Below, piece after piece: positions 21,058-32,174 of a stretch of DNA of 64,000 bases. The notes below the pieces were generated by a model. The model saw nothing but the letters and a program-made list of their open reading frames with translations, was not told the origin of the DNA and did not search any database. Every line of letters begins with the position of its first letter. Positions within the stretch are counted from its first letter, which is position 1. Source of the DNA: a virus; the IMG/VR virus record IMGVR_UViG_3300005264_000039, positions 4,381 through 68,380 of that record; one strand, written 5' to 3'. The position numbers and the translations under genes are program-made.

Positions 21058-21161
21058 ATATTCGATTTAAGCTATTATAATATTAAATGGTATCAAACAA
21101 CCATAAACAAAAAATCTCGTCTTAATGACGAGATTTTTGTATAATAATTGCATTTATTATA
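21058..21161. repeat. 104-bp dispersed element, copy 2 (inverted relative to copy 1)
   Basis: Reverse complement of 12811-12914 with one mismatch at 21111. Confidence 0.95.
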
Positions 21162-21166
21162 CAGTA

Positions 21167-21616
21167 TCAACATGTTTTTTTATATTTTATGTTATGTGAT
21201 ATTTTATTTTCATAAAACAAATAAACAATACCAATATTATTAAAATATATGTGAGTATGACATTTTTTCAGACTAAACAAATCAACCCATCCTGAATTGT
21301 TAAATTCCAAGTTTGCATCTAATTGTATAAGTTTATATAAATAAACGTATCCTGCGTTTTTGAAATTCATATCTATTGTTATTTGAACAACACTTTCTAA
21401 ATTAACATGTCCATTATTATTGAACATGATATTTGACGAAATGCAAATCAAGTCAGGAAGTTCAACACAACCATTATTCTCGAATGTAATATTGGCTGTG
21501 ATTTCTTTTACATTTGGTAGATATACATCACCATTATCAGAAGTAATTATTATCACTCCATTGTTAATATGGTAATTTATATTTCTACCTTTTAAATATA
21601 ACACTATATTTTCCAT
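21167..21616 (-). CDS. 22-aa repeat, LRR-like solenoid protein
   Basis: Repeats GxVxLxxLxxIxxxxxFxN about 5 times. Confidence 0.7.
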   Translation of the reverse strand: MENIVLYLKGRNINYHINNGVIIITSDNGDVYLPNVKEITANITFENNGCVELPDLICISSNIMFNNNGHVNLESVVQITIDMNFKNAGYVYLYKLIQLDANLEFNNSGWVDLFSLKKCHTHIYFNNIGIVYLFYENKISHNIKYKKTC

Positions 21617-21618
21617 GT

Positions 21619-21780
21619 TTATATTGGTACTTTAATAAAATGAGTACCGTTGTCTACTAACTTAGTAGACCCTTTAAACTCACACCCATCAATTATCAGT
21701 TTTTTAACTGGTTTATTGATTTTGTTGGTTTTGTTTTTTTTTGATACTAGTTTTTTTAGCAATTCAATTATTTTTTTCAT
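21619..21780 (-). CDS. small basic hypothetical protein (53 aa)
   Basis: MKKIIELLKKL...; TATATTTG on minus strand at 21807-21814. Confidence 0.5.
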   Translation of the reverse strand: MKKIIELLKKLVSKKNKTNKINKPVKKLIIDGCEFKGSTKLVDNGTHFIKVPI

Positions 21781-21912
21781 AATATTTTGTTTTAATTATT
21801 ATACTGCAAATATAGAATATATAACTTTAATATGAAAATTAATTATGTTAAAAAATGTTAATTATTTGAAAATAGTTGAAATATAAAGGTGTACCAAGTG
21901 ATACGTTAGCAA

Positions 21913-22185
21913 CTATGATAATACACAAGCTCATCAAAAAGCATCCCAAATAGCATCGTTCATTGTATGAAAGTCGTCATATGCATTTACATCAAGCATG
22001 TCCGTCTGTATGTCCTTACCATCGATGTCATATCTTTTTAGATGTGTGTATTTTGGCTCTCCATGTCCATGATTTGATTTGTGGTTATATTAATAGACTT
22101 TACCTTTGTAAGTTGCTGAAAAAACATCTTCGGTACTCTCTTCTATTTTCCTGTTTTGGATGATGCAATCTGTTGTTATCTTCAT
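21913..22185 (-). pseudogene. decayed hypothetical gene
   Basis: Higher-GC coding-like sequence MKITTDCIIQ... broken by frameshifts and stops. Confidence 0.4.
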
Positions 22186-22220
22186 TTTGACAATATATTT
22201 TAATAAAATTAATATTAAAT

Positions 22221-22418
22221 TCATTTGATATGAATAGACACATCAATATTACAATCATGCCATCTATTCGGGTTTGAAACTCTCCCGAATTTATCCCAAG
22301 TTATAAGCTGATTTTGCTCTATCTCACCATCATAATTTGGTATATCAACAATTCCTTCATAGATGTGTGGTTCTAATATACCCTTTTTAATTTCTTTTTC
22401 TAATTTTTTAAAATTCAT
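22221..22418 (-). CDS. hypothetical protein
   Basis: 65 aa ORF; motif-2 promoter at 22497-22509. Confidence 0.5.
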   Translation of the reverse strand: MNFKKLEKEIKKGILEPHIYEGIVDIPNYDGEIEQNQLITWDKFGRVSNPNRWHDCNIDVSIHIK

Positions 22419-22593
22419 AACTTCATATCATCCGTTTGTTCGTATCATTTTCATAATTTGTTTTTAATTTAAATGTTATGTTTTGTATTCATTTTTATAA
22501 ATAAAGTAAATTTTTATTAGATGGTAGGTATATTTGAATAAAAAAATTAATAATTATTTTAAAATACTATTTATATTAAACATAATAAATTCA

Positions 22594-24408
22594 ATGGAAC
22601 GACAAATAAATTATCTAAATAAAGATTTTAATCAATTTAAAACTAATTTACTCGATTTTGTAAAAGTATATTTTCGAGATACGATAACAAATATAAGTCC
22701 AACTGACCCTGCTATGATGTTTGTTGAGTTGGCGAGTTATGTTGGCGATGTATTATCATTCTACACAGACTATCAATTCAAAGAGAATCAATTATTATTT
22801 GCAACTGAACAGAGTAATATAATTCAATTAGCACAAATGCGAGGTTATAAACCTAGAATTATATCACCAGCAAAAGTTGAGATAAGTGTTTATCAAATAA
22901 TACCATCTATATTAAATGGTAGTGATTATGAACCTGACTGGAATTATGCATTACAAATTAAAGCAGGTATGAAAATAACATCAAACACAAACAATTCAAT
23001 TACTTTTAGAACATTGAAAGATATTGATTTTGGGTTCTCAAATTCAACTGATGTGACCGATGTAACTATTTATGAATTAGATGATAGTGACAATCCGATA
23101 TTTTATTTATTGAAGAAAAATGTGATTGCGGAAGCAAGTGATGTGAGAGAATATAGTTACCAAGTAACTGATTCAAAGCGATATTTGACAATTGAAATTC
23201 CGAATGCAAATGTAATAGGAATCGAATCGGTGTATGATGGAACTGGTAATCGGTGGTATGAAACTGAATACTTAGCACAAGATACTATATTTGAACAACT
23301 TGATAATACAAATGAAGCAACTCAAAGTGAAACACCATATGTATTACGATTTAAGTATGTACCTAAACGATTTATTACGAGATATAATACTGATAATAAA
23401 TTAGAATTACGTTTTGGTAGTGGAAATGTTAATAATTTAGATGAAACAGTAATACCACATCCAGCTAATATAGGTTTAACAACACCTATGCAAAGAAATG
23501 TGTCACAGTATGACTATGATGTTTCAAATTTTTTATTTACAGATAGTTATGGTCAATTACCTTTTAATACGACATTGACAATTAAATATATTATAGGTAA
23601 TGGTATTGAAAGTAATGTTATATCAAACGTATTACAAGTTGTTACTGAAGTTGAATTTAGTAATGATACATCATCACTTGACATGTCATTATACAATCAA
23701 GTTACACAATCATTGTCAGTTAATAATGATGATAGTGCAGTTGGAGGTCGTGGACAAGAAGATGTTGATAGTATTCGTGAAAATGCATTATCATACTTCT
23801 CAGCACAAGATAGAGCAGTTACACGAGAAGATTATATTTTACGAGCATTATCATTGCCACATAAATTTGGAACTGTTTCAAAAGCAGATGTTGAACGGTC
23901 ACATGTCAATAAAAATGAAATAGATTTAAGTATATTGTGCTATGATGATAATAAAAATTTAGTATTAGCGAATGATACTATAAAAGAAAACCTAACTGTA
24001 TATCTTGATAGATATAGAATGATGACAGATATTATAAATATAATCGATGCTTATATTGTAAATATATCAGTGAAATTTAACATAACAACATATCCAAATT
24101 TTAATAATAAGGAAGTATTGTTAAAAAGTATAGTTGCACTACAAGAATTTTTCAACATTGATAAATGGGCAATTAATCAACCAATAATATATGCAGATAT
24201 AATGAAGGAATTGTCAATAATTGAAGGTGTGAAAACAGTACAAAGTATAGAAATAGAAAACAAATTTGATTATCTGAGTGGTTATGCTTCTAATTATTAT
24301 GATATATTATCTGCAACTAGAAATGGAGTTATATACCCAAGTAAAGATGCAATGATTTTTGAAGTTAAATTTAAAAACAAGGACATTACAGGTAGAGTTG
24401 TAAATTAA
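22594..24408 (+). CDS. baseplate wedge protein, T4 gp6-like
   Basis: YLNKDF, ELASYVGDVLSFY, FGSG, GG...E, QDRAVTREDY; start moved to the ATG after TATTTATA 22568. Confidence 0.88.
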   Translation: MERQINYLNKDFNQFKTNLLDFVKVYFRDTITNISPTDPAMMFVELASYVGDVLSFYTDYQFKENQLLFATEQSNIIQLAQMRGYKPRIISPAKVEISVYQIIPSILNGSDYEPDWNYALQIKAGMKITSNTNNSITFRTLKDIDFGFSNSTDVTDVTIYELDDSDNPIFYLLKKNVIAEASDVREYSYQVTDSKRYLTIEIPNANVIGIESVYDGTGNRWYETEYLAQDTIFEQLDNTNEATQSETPYVLRFKYVPKRFITRYNTDNKLELRFGSGNVNNLDETVIPHPANIGLTTPMQRNVSQYDYDVSNFLFTDSYGQLPFNTTLTIKYIIGNGIESNVISNVLQVVTEVEFSNDTSSLDMSLYNQVTQSLSVNNDDSAVGGRGQEDVDSIRENALSYFSAQDRAVTREDYILRALSLPHKFGTVSKADVERSHVNKNEIDLSILCYDDNKNLVLANDTIKENLTVYLDRYRMMTDIINIIDAYIVNISVKFNITTYPNFNNKEVLLKSIVALQEFFNIDKWAINQPIIYADIMKELSIIEGVKTVQSIEIENKFDYLSGYASNYYDILSATRNGVIYPSKDAMIFEVKFKNKDITGRVVN

Positions 24409-24419
24409 GAAAATAAATT

Positions 24420-25343
24420 ATGATAAACATATATAAGATAAAAGAAGATAGTGTTATATTTAAAGATAGTAACCAAAATGTAGGAACTGACCCGATTTTA
24501 GAATTTGATGAAACTTCACGTGTGTTATTTAAATTGGATACACAATTGAATGTTAATAATAACTATTTGATTAATTTCACAATAGCATCATCAACAGACA
24601 TGGTTAATGACACTTTCAGTGTATACCCAATCACATCCGATTGGACAAGTGGTTATGGGAAAATAGATATTGATAATTCAGATAATGTCACATGGTTCAA
24701 TCGTCAAACTGATATAAACTGGACAGTTTCGGGTGGGGATTATGATGACACTAATGTGATATATTATAATGATATGTATAATTCTTTGAAAACTAATAAA
24801 GTGATATTTTCGATTGATGATTTTAGGTCTATTAATATAGATTTGGGATTATTATTAAAATGGGATAACACGATTTTATCAGATAAGGTATTAATGTTGT
24901 ATTCAAAAGAAACTCATACAATATATTATCCTAAATTAATAGAAGTGACACCTCAAATATATAATAGTTACCGACAAATCATTATGAATGAAATGTTTAT
25001 TGTGTATGGAATAAATAATATATTAAAACGCAATGCAACAACACAGCGATTTAGATTTAGTGCAAAAGATTCATATATTATGAAAGATTATTCAGAAACA
25101 AATGATTATATTAATCAATATGATTTACCAAGTGAAACATATATTTCATTAACAGATTTATCTACCAATGATGTAATCGTGCCATTTGACGATAATATTC
25201 AATTAGATTGCGATAAAATTAGTAACTATATTGATATAAATTTATCAGAATTGAATATCAATCGATATTATAATATTTCAATAAAAGTTGTAATGGGTAA
25301 CATTGAACGTGTCTTTAATAATTTTACATTTTATTTACAATGA
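24420..25343 (+). CDS. putative virion/baseplate protein
   Basis: W..G.G, W...GGDY, YSKETHTIY.PKL; within structural operon. Confidence 0.65.
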   Translation: MINIYKIKEDSVIFKDSNQNVGTDPILEFDETSRVLFKLDTQLNVNNNYLINFTIASSTDMVNDTFSVYPITSDWTSGYGKIDIDNSDNVTWFNRQTDINWTVSGGDYDDTNVIYYNDMYNSLKTNKVIFSIDDFRSINIDLGLLLKWDNTILSDKVLMLYSKETHTIYYPKLIEVTPQIYNSYRQIIMNEMFIVYGINNILKRNATTQRFRFSAKDSYIMKDYSETNDYINQYDLPSETYISLTDLSTNDVIVPFDDNIQLDCDKISNYIDINLSELNINRYYNISIKVVMGNIERVFNNFTFYLQ

Positions 25344-25720
25344 AAAAAGAAATAATACGACAAAGTAATATAACAGGTAGATGGGAACATAAACTACCAA
25401 ATTCAGATAAATGGGCACATGATATTACCAATAACGATAATATACTTACAATTACAGATTCAAATAATATCGATTATGATAATGGTGATATTATAACTAT
25501 TTATGATGGAATTAAATATCATTCGGAAATACTAGATGTTTCACAATTAGTACTAATGGATTTTGATATGATTGATGATAATGTGATAACTGAACTAACT
25601 GAGATGCAAGATAATCCTGAGATAATTGCCATAGATGAATCATCAATTGATTGGGATATTGATATTGATGATGAAATTGACCCAATGCACACAGCATATT
25701 CAAATAGTACTATAAAATAA
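25340..25720 (+). CDS. acidic hypothetical protein in structural operon
   Basis: 126 aa ORF with ATGA overlap. Confidence 0.6.
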   Translation: MKKEIIRQSNITGRWEHKLPNSDKWAHDITNNDNILTITDSNNIDYDNGDIITIYDGIKYHSEILDVSQLVLMDFDMIDDNVITELTEMQDNPEIIAIDESSIDWDIDIDDEIDPMHTAYSNSTIK

Positions 25721-25725
25721 GATAA

Positions 25726-28700
25726 ATGAAACTAAACATACAAATACTCTCAACAACAAACAATTCAATTGTTAAAAAGTATTATGAATATACTGATTTT
25801 GATTTTATAAATTATAAATTAAATTTGAATATTAAAAATGTATATGGTAATTTGAGAAATGGAAACTATATTACCAATATTGAAATCATTAATTCTATTT
25901 TAGGTACACATTCAAATTATAGATTGAAAGTTAATGCAATATCAGCATCACGAAAAGAAATTGAACTGAAAATGCCGATTGGTAATATATTGAATGTATC
26001 ATATAATTCATTATTAACATCATTTAATGGAATAATGAAGCAATATGCACCAAACTTTTTAAAAACTAATGATTATAAGTTAAGATATGTTTATTTGGAT
26101 TTTTTAGACGATGATAAATATCAGATTATAAATTTCATTGGAACAAAAAATAATACAATTGTATTTAAACTAAACACACCAATTGGCGATGATATTATTG
26201 TTGGTGATGATGTCATTATTTATGAAAAACTATACAATGACATAGTTCAAAAGGTTAAATTAGTACCATTGAATAATGATTCAGTGTATGACAGAATTAG
26301 CAATTTTAAATATAAATTGCAAATGATTGAAAATTATGATGGGAAGATTAATATATTACCTCCTAGTAGTGTGGATATAGTTAAATATACGAATATTATA
26401 GAAAGTATAATTAAATCATTTGATATATATGAATATTATTTGTACTATAAAAATGAACCAAACAACACGTACCCAAAGGATATTAATGGTAATAATTTAC
26501 CATTGTCAGATGAATTGGTAGAATCGTGGTTTGTTGACATATTGTCTTCCGCTGAATTATATGATAAAAGTAATGTAAACTTATTATTGAAAATTGTTCC
26601 TGATTATATATTTACAAATGAATATAATGTCCAATATTTGAAATTTGTGTCATTGATGGGACAACATTTTGATATATTATGGTTGTATATATTACACAGT
26701 GGTGATTTGAAAATAGGTAATAGTGATATAAATAAAGGTTTAAGTGAAAAACTTATATATCAAGTACTAAGGGATTTCAATTGGAAGCCTATTAGTAATT
26801 TTGAAGATAGTGATTTGACTGACTATTTGTATAAACAGGAGCATGATGATTCTTCATTGGTATATGCATCTGATGAATTAGTTAGTAAAAAACAAATTGA
26901 TTTGGAATTTTGGAAACGTTTATTGGATAATGTAGTTTTCTTATATAAAACAAAAGGAACTAAAGAAGGAGTACGTGCATTGTTAAATATATATGGAATA
27001 CCATCTACCACATTATTAATACAAGAATTTGGTGGTAATCACCCATACTATGTTAATAATTATTTTGATTATGATAAATTTATATATGCATTAGACAAAA
27101 CAACCAATAATTCTGCAAATATTACATTTGAAGATTTGAAGTTTCGTGGGTTCGAAGTTCGTGTTAAAATAACAAACGAAAGTGATAATATTATATTAAC
27201 AAGTAGCGATGATACTATACAAATATACACGAGATTTTCAGATAAAAGTTTAGTATTTAATGTAAATGGTAATTTAACTGAAATAAATAATACTGATATT
27301 TATAATGGTGAATGGTGGAATATTAATGTGAGTTATAATGCATTAGCATCTGAAAATGTAGATGGAGTGCATGATTTTGATTATACTGAACGAGTCGTGT
27401 ATACAATGACATTGACTAGTCATGTTGATAATATTATTTATTCACGAAATTATAAATCAATACCAATTACAAGTGTAGTTAATATCATTGATGAATTGAA
27501 TGATAGTAAGACATTTGTAGTTGGAAGTTCATTTTCAGGGTATATTCAAGAAGTAAGATTCTGGAATCAGTTTATTGGGTATAATAATGTGATATATCAC
27601 ACTCTAGCACCAACTACAATTAGTAATTGTGATGCTACTGTGTTATACGATGATTTGCTAGTACGATTAGCATTGGGTACTGATTTGAATACTTATAATC
27701 ACGCGACAACTACAACTATACCAAACCAAGCACCAAGTAGAGATGATAGTATAACAATAACATTTAATGGATTTGACAATGAAAATAATTATATGTCATT
27801 AGTTGAAAAATACTATCATGTTGTACCTGATATTAGTAATAATCATGCTATAAGTCGAAAGATACGATATAACCGTGATGATACTACTACTTGTAGTGCC
27901 TTTGGAGATACATTTACTACTAATAAGAATGGTAGTTTCGATTCATCATTTGATTCATCATTTGATATTGGTGGAAGTGTTGATGATGGTGGTGGTACAG
28001 TGACAAGCCTACAATTATCAATGAAAACTAATACGGAAAATAAAAATGTTAGTAATAATAAGATAGGAGTATATTTTTCAACGGCAAATGAAACAAATAA
28101 TAGTATTTATGATTTTTTTGGTGGTAATAATATTGATAATTACATTGGAGATTCAGAGTCAGAGTTTAGCAATTCATATAAATTATTAGACCCACTAGTC
28201 AATTATTATCAACAACAATATGATGGTAAATATGATGTGTGGGCGTATTTTAGAATGATGAAACAGTATAATAAAAGTATTTTCTATCATTTATATCAAA
28301 TATTGCCATTGCGAACAACTAATATTTTGGGTGCAACTGTTGAAAATGATATTTTACATAGGAAAAAGGTAACATATTTACAAACAGACCCAAATATAAC
28401 TGATGTGAAATTGGAATCTGAACTTGATATGATGGAGCATGGAGTTGATTTTGTTATAGATGATTATTTAATTGATTTAGGTTTATATAATAATAAGCTA
28501 TCGTTTGATTATGAATTACGTGAAACTGGTATAGGTGTTAATATTTTACATCCTAAATTAAAGCAATATTATTACATAAATGGTGAACTTATCTATAGTA
28601 ATCGTTCGAAAAATTATATCGAAGATTATACTGAAATGATAATTGATAATGGGTTTCGTAGTAAATTAAACTATATAACAACAATGGATTCAATAGGTAT

Positions 28701-28773
28701 AGGAGGGGCATCAACATTAACTGACTCAAATCAACCAATTGTAACAATTACACATGTTAATACTGAAAATTGA
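25726..28773 (+). CDS. large baseplate/tail structural protein with LamG-like region
   Basis: LYKTKGTKEGVRALLNIYGIP, EFGG, FSGYIQEVRFW. Confidence 0.75.
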   Translation: MKLNIQILSTTNNSIVKKYYEYTDFDFINYKLNLNIKNVYGNLRNGNYITNIEIINSILGTHSNYRLKVNAISASRKEIELKMPIGNILNVSYNSLLTSFNGIMKQYAPNFLKTNDYKLRYVYLDFLDDDKYQIINFIGTKNNTIVFKLNTPIGDDIIVGDDVIIYEKLYNDIVQKVKLVPLNNDSVYDRISNFKYKLQMIENYDGKINILPPSSVDIVKYTNIIESIIKSFDIYEYYLYYKNEPNNTYPKDINGNNLPLSDELVESWFVDILSSAELYDKSNVNLLLKIVPDYIFTNEYNVQYLKFVSLMGQHFDILWLYILHSGDLKIGNSDINKGLSEKLIYQVLRDFNWKPISNFEDSDLTDYLYKQEHDDSSLVYASDELVSKKQIDLEFWKRLLDNVVFLYKTKGTKEGVRALLNIYGIPSTTLLIQEFGGNHPYYVNNYFDYDKFIYALDKTTNNSANITFEDLKFRGFEVRVKITNESDNIILTSSDDTIQIYTRFSDKSLVFNVNGNLTEINNTDIYNGEWWNINVSYNALASENVDGVHDFDYTERVVYTMTLTSHVDNIIYSRNYKSIPITSVVNIIDELNDSKTFVVGSSFSGYIQEVRFWNQFIGYNNVIYHTLAPTTISNCDATVLYDDLLVRLALGTDLNTYNHATTTTIPNQAPSRDDSITITFNGFDNENNYMSLVEKYYHVVPDISNNHAISRKIRYNRDDTTTCSAFGDTFTTNKNGSFDSSFDSSFDIGGSVDDGGGTVTSLQLSMKTNTENKNVSNNKIGVYFSTANETNNSIYDFFGGNNIDNYIGDSESEFSNSYKLLDPLVNYYQQQYDGKYDVWAYFRMMKQYNKSIFYHLYQILPLRTTNILGATVENDILHRKKVTYLQTDPNITDVKLESELDMMEHGVDFVIDDYLIDLGLYNNKLSFDYELRETGIGVNILHPKLKQYYYINGELIYSNRSKNYIEDYTEMIIDNGFRSKLNYITTMDSIGIGGASTLTDSNQPIVTITHVNTEN

Positions 28774-28822
28774 TATTAACGGATTTTAAAAAATAATAAT
28801 GATATTTATATAAAAATAAATT

Positions 28823-29455
28823 ATGGGATATTTAGATAATGAAATAATTCAGATAGAAGCAATTTTAACACGAAAGGGAAAAGAATTGCTATCTAAAAAT
28901 AATGGTACATTTTTAATTTCAAAATTCGCATTGTCTGATGATGGTGTAGATTATAATTTGTATAATGAAAATACAACAGATGAATTAAAAGGATTACTAA
29001 TTGAAAATTCACCAGTACTTGAACCAGTTGCTGATGAAACGGAAGTAATGAAAAATAAATTAATAACACTGCCAATTGGTACAACTCGTATGCCGATGTT
29101 GTCAATAGGGCAAACATCGATTGTATTAAATGCTAGTCAACATCATATTATAACACCAACTATTGTTAATTTCTCAAATGCAAATGATGTATTTGGTTAT
29201 ACTGCAACTATTGATGATAATAGTGTTGCTGAATTAATACCATATTCATCATTAACAATTGGTACAACAAATATATCAACTGATACAAATTCGTATTATT
29301 CATCTGAAAGTAAGACTGTAATTGGACAGCAATTTGAAATAATTGGTCGAAATTTATTGGAAGATAAAAATACAAAAATAATAATACAAGGAAACGAAAC
29401 AGGTGGTCAAGTAGAAATTGCACTAACTGTGAAGAAAATTACACAAAATATATAA
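28823..29455 (+). CDS. putative virion structural protein
   Basis: MGYLDN...AILTRKGKELL...FALSDDGVDY; TATTTATA at 28803. Confidence 0.7.
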   Translation: MGYLDNEIIQIEAILTRKGKELLSKNNGTFLISKFALSDDGVDYNLYNENTTDELKGLLIENSPVLEPVADETEVMKNKLITLPIGTTRMPMLSIGQTSIVLNASQHHIITPTIVNFSNANDVFGYTATIDDNSVAELIPYSSLTIGTTNISTDTNSYYSSESKTVIGQQFEIIGRNLLEDKNTKIIIQGNETGGQVEIALTVKKITQNI

Positions 29456-29465
29456 AATATAAATA

Positions 29466-30716
29466 ATGGCAAGAATATACCAAGATAGTACAGGAGCTTA
29501 TTATACAAATGAAATAAATCCATATGGATACGAATACCCAAATGGGAATCAGTTTGTATACCCAACACCTGTACCAACACCTGTACCAACTCCGACACCA
29601 ATACCTGTACCAACACCAACACCAACACCTGTACCAACTCCGACACCAACACCACCAATACCAGATGATGTTGTAAATGATTTGGTGAGTAATGTGTATA
29701 CACCATTTAATCTTGTTAATGATAAAGATGTTGTATTTAGCAGTAAAGAAAGCATATCACTTGCAACATGGACAGATAATAATACAGAATTGACTAGTTT
29801 CTTTTATGATGATAGTAAAAATAATAGAGATTATTTTTTAAATTCTTATGATGTTGACCCTGTTACGAATGAAGAAGCAAATATTCAATTTAGTATAAGT
29901 TTTGGAAATGTACATGGATGTGGAGCACCAAGTGTTGATGCATCTTTCACAGATGATAATAGTCCTACAAAAGCAATTTATTATAATATTAAACATGTTA
30001 TTGGTCAAGAAGCAAACGATAAAATAATAATAAATGATGTTGAATTGGATAGAATTTTTGCTATTAGTATTCGACAAGAACAGTTACAGGATAAAATAAA
30101 ACCAAGTGCATGGAATTTACACGTAAATTTCAATTCAACAGATGTGTATTTTATAGATAATCAATCCACATCAGTTGATACGACTTTAGACAAATATTCA
30201 ATTATAGCTGTTAATAGTGATGGAACACCATTTGGTGGAAGTACAACTATTGTAGGCACTGTCTTTCTTGATAAGGGTCTTATTATACTTGATGTTGATG
30301 TTATTGAGACACTTGTTGGTGCAACAGTATTTTCTAATTGCGGACTCGATTCAATTAATTGTAGTGGTTCGGCTTGTGATACAGTTGCAACTGGATTTGC
30401 AGATACAAATAACAATGCAGTATTTTTAGATGGCATTCAGAGCTTTGTAATGATAAGTGAGATAGCAACTTCTTCAATTATATATTTTGTACGAATTAAA
30501 CATGATAGGTATAACCATTCAAATAATACGACATATGTTCAAAATGATAATGGTGATTTAATATATTCTAGTATGGTTGACAATCCATTCACATACATCA
30601 CTACAATTGGGTTGTATAATGACACAAATGAATTATTAGCAGTTGCGAAAACAAGTAGACCAATATTAAAAACATATGAACGTGAAGCACTAGTTCGTGT
30701 TAAGTTGACATTTTAG
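29466..30716 (+). CDS. putative baseplate/tail structural protein with Pro-Thr linker
   Basis: C-terminal YITTIGLYNDTNELLAVAKTSRP..K. Confidence 0.75.
   Translation: MARIYQDSTGAYYTNEINPYGYEYPNGNQFVYPTPVPTPVPTPTPIPVPTPTPTPVPTPTPTPPIPDDVVNDLVSNVYTPFNLVNDKDVVFSSKESISLATWTDNNTELTSFFYDDSKNNRDYFLNSYDVDPVTNEEANIQFSISFGNVHGCGAPSVDASFTDDNSPTKAIYYNIKHVIGQEANDKIIINDVELDRIFAISIRQEQLQDKIKPSAWNLHVNFNSTDVYFIDNQSTSVDTTLDKYSIIAVNSDGTPFGGSTTIVGTVFLDKGLIILDVDVIETLVGATVFSNCGLDSINCSGSACDTVATGFADTNNNAVFLDGIQSFVMISEIATSSIIYFVRIKHDRYNHSNNTTYVQNDNGDLIYSSMVDNPFTYITTIGLYNDTNELLAVAKTSRPILKTYEREALVRVKLTF
29562..29663 (+). repeat. coding Pro-Thr tandem repeat (PTPVPT/PTPT)
   Basis: Repeated CCAACACCTGTA and CCAACA units. 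Confidence 0.9.
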
Positions 30717-30719
30717 AAA

Positions 30720-32174
30720 ATGATATATAAAACAATAAATAATGAAAATATAAATGAATTTGAATTTACTGTTAATAAACAATATGTATTTGAAAATGCT
30801 GATTTAAATATACATAAATGCGAATTCAATAATTCATTTCCAATTGATGAATCTTATGATAAAAAGTATATAGATTATGTTTGGTTGGATAGTAGTTTTT
30901 ATAAAAATTTTTATATTGATAAACTAAAAACATATGGTAAACATAACACACACCAATACAGGCGTTTAGGATTATACAGCAACTTCATCAAAATTGATAA
31001 TAGTATATATAACACATGGATACATCCATCTTCAATTGAAATTAGTGTTGGGAGTCATAATCTAAAAGACGATTCAAATGGTAATATTATAAATGCCGAT
31101 ATTGTAAATCATTCTCTATATGATGATTTTAACAATACTTTGCAGGAACAATTGAAATATAGTATATTAGTATATGATTTTAGTAATTTAAAATATTATA
31201 CTGAAAATAGATTGAATGGAATCGTTCCAACTATAGAATATATTGATAATGATATTACATATGATAACAATATAACTGATATAACTGGGTTTAATAATAA
31301 TTTGACATTTGTAGCTGATGATGTGACAACTGAGATATATAATGATGATGTATATATTCATTTGAATAATTCCGATGAATATTCTATATTAGAAAGTGAT
31401 ACACTGAAAGATACATTTAAGAATGATTTTACAATAGTATTAGAATTAAATTATATAAATGGTGTAAATGGTGAAATAAGTTTATTAAAACGAGGTAATG
31501 ATACTAATATATTATTCGAAATATTATTCAATTCGACTACTAATAAAGTAATATTCCGTCATACTGTAAAAAATAATATAATCGAAATTGATGTTGATTT
31601 AGATTTGTCAGTGAACATAACTAATCCAAGTATTATATTACAGCGTATTGAAGATACATTTACACTGCAAGTAATGACACCAACATCAAACGAAAGTAAT
31701 TCAGTTGATATTAGTATTAATGCTAATAGTGCTATGTATAATAATATGAATGTGGATTTTAAAATCACAACACCACAATTACCAGCGTATTTTAATGCAT
31801 CAATTAAACGACTATCAATATATGACCAGGTATTTAATATTACTAAATTTCACAAATATAAATATACATATGATTGGTTTGATAATTATTTCTTTGGTAA
31901 TGTGTTCTATGAATACGGTATCATATCAATAACTAAATCAAATGTTGCAAAAGATTTGAATGATGAATCAATTATAATTACAGAATTATTGTTAAAAAAT
32001 ACACGTGTAATTTATGAGCATGAATATATCTGCACTGTTAATATAAATGATTTTAATTATACTCGTAATGAAACTACATTAAAAATAAATACAGATGAAT
32101 ATGTTGATAATAAAATTGAATACAATATTCCAAACTATATAACGAAGACGATTACAACAATATGTGCGAGATAA
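30720..32174 (+). CDS. structural protein related to the upstream gene, apparently C-terminally truncated
   Basis: DDSNGNI, GNVFYEYG, IYEHEYIC, FNYTRNET, then NYIT stops short of the TIGLY..LAVAK motif. Confidence 0.7.
   Translation: MIYKTINNENINEFEFTVNKQYVFENADLNIHKCEFNNSFPIDESYDKKYIDYVWLDSSFYKNFYIDKLKTYGKHNTHQYRRLGLYSNFIKIDNSIYNTWIHPSSIEISVGSHNLKDDSNGNIINADIVNHSLYDDFNNTLQEQLKYSILVYDFSNLKYYTENRLNGIVPTIEYIDNDITYDNNITDITGFNNNLTFVADDVTTEIYNDDVYIHLNNSDEYSILESDTLKDTFKNDFTIVLELNYINGVNGEISLLKRGNDTNILFEILFNSTTNKVIFRHTVKNNIIEIDVDLDLSVNITNPSIILQRIEDTFTLQVMTPTSNESNSVDISINANSAMYNNMNVDFKITTPQLPAYFNASIKRLSIYDQVFNITKFHKYKYTYDWFDNYFFGNVFYEYGIISITKSNVAKDLNDESIIITELLLKNTRVIYEHEYICTVNINDFNYTRNETTLKINTDEYVDNKIEYNIPNYITKTITTICAR

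Noticed and set aside
12811-21161. Transposon bounded by the 104-bp inverted repeats
   Set aside because: No transposase or recombinase inside, no target-site duplication seen, and the cargo is core replication genes.
29407-29755. GVGVGT and VLVQV repeat ORFs on the minus strand
   Set aside because: Antisense shadows of the Pro-Thr repeat.
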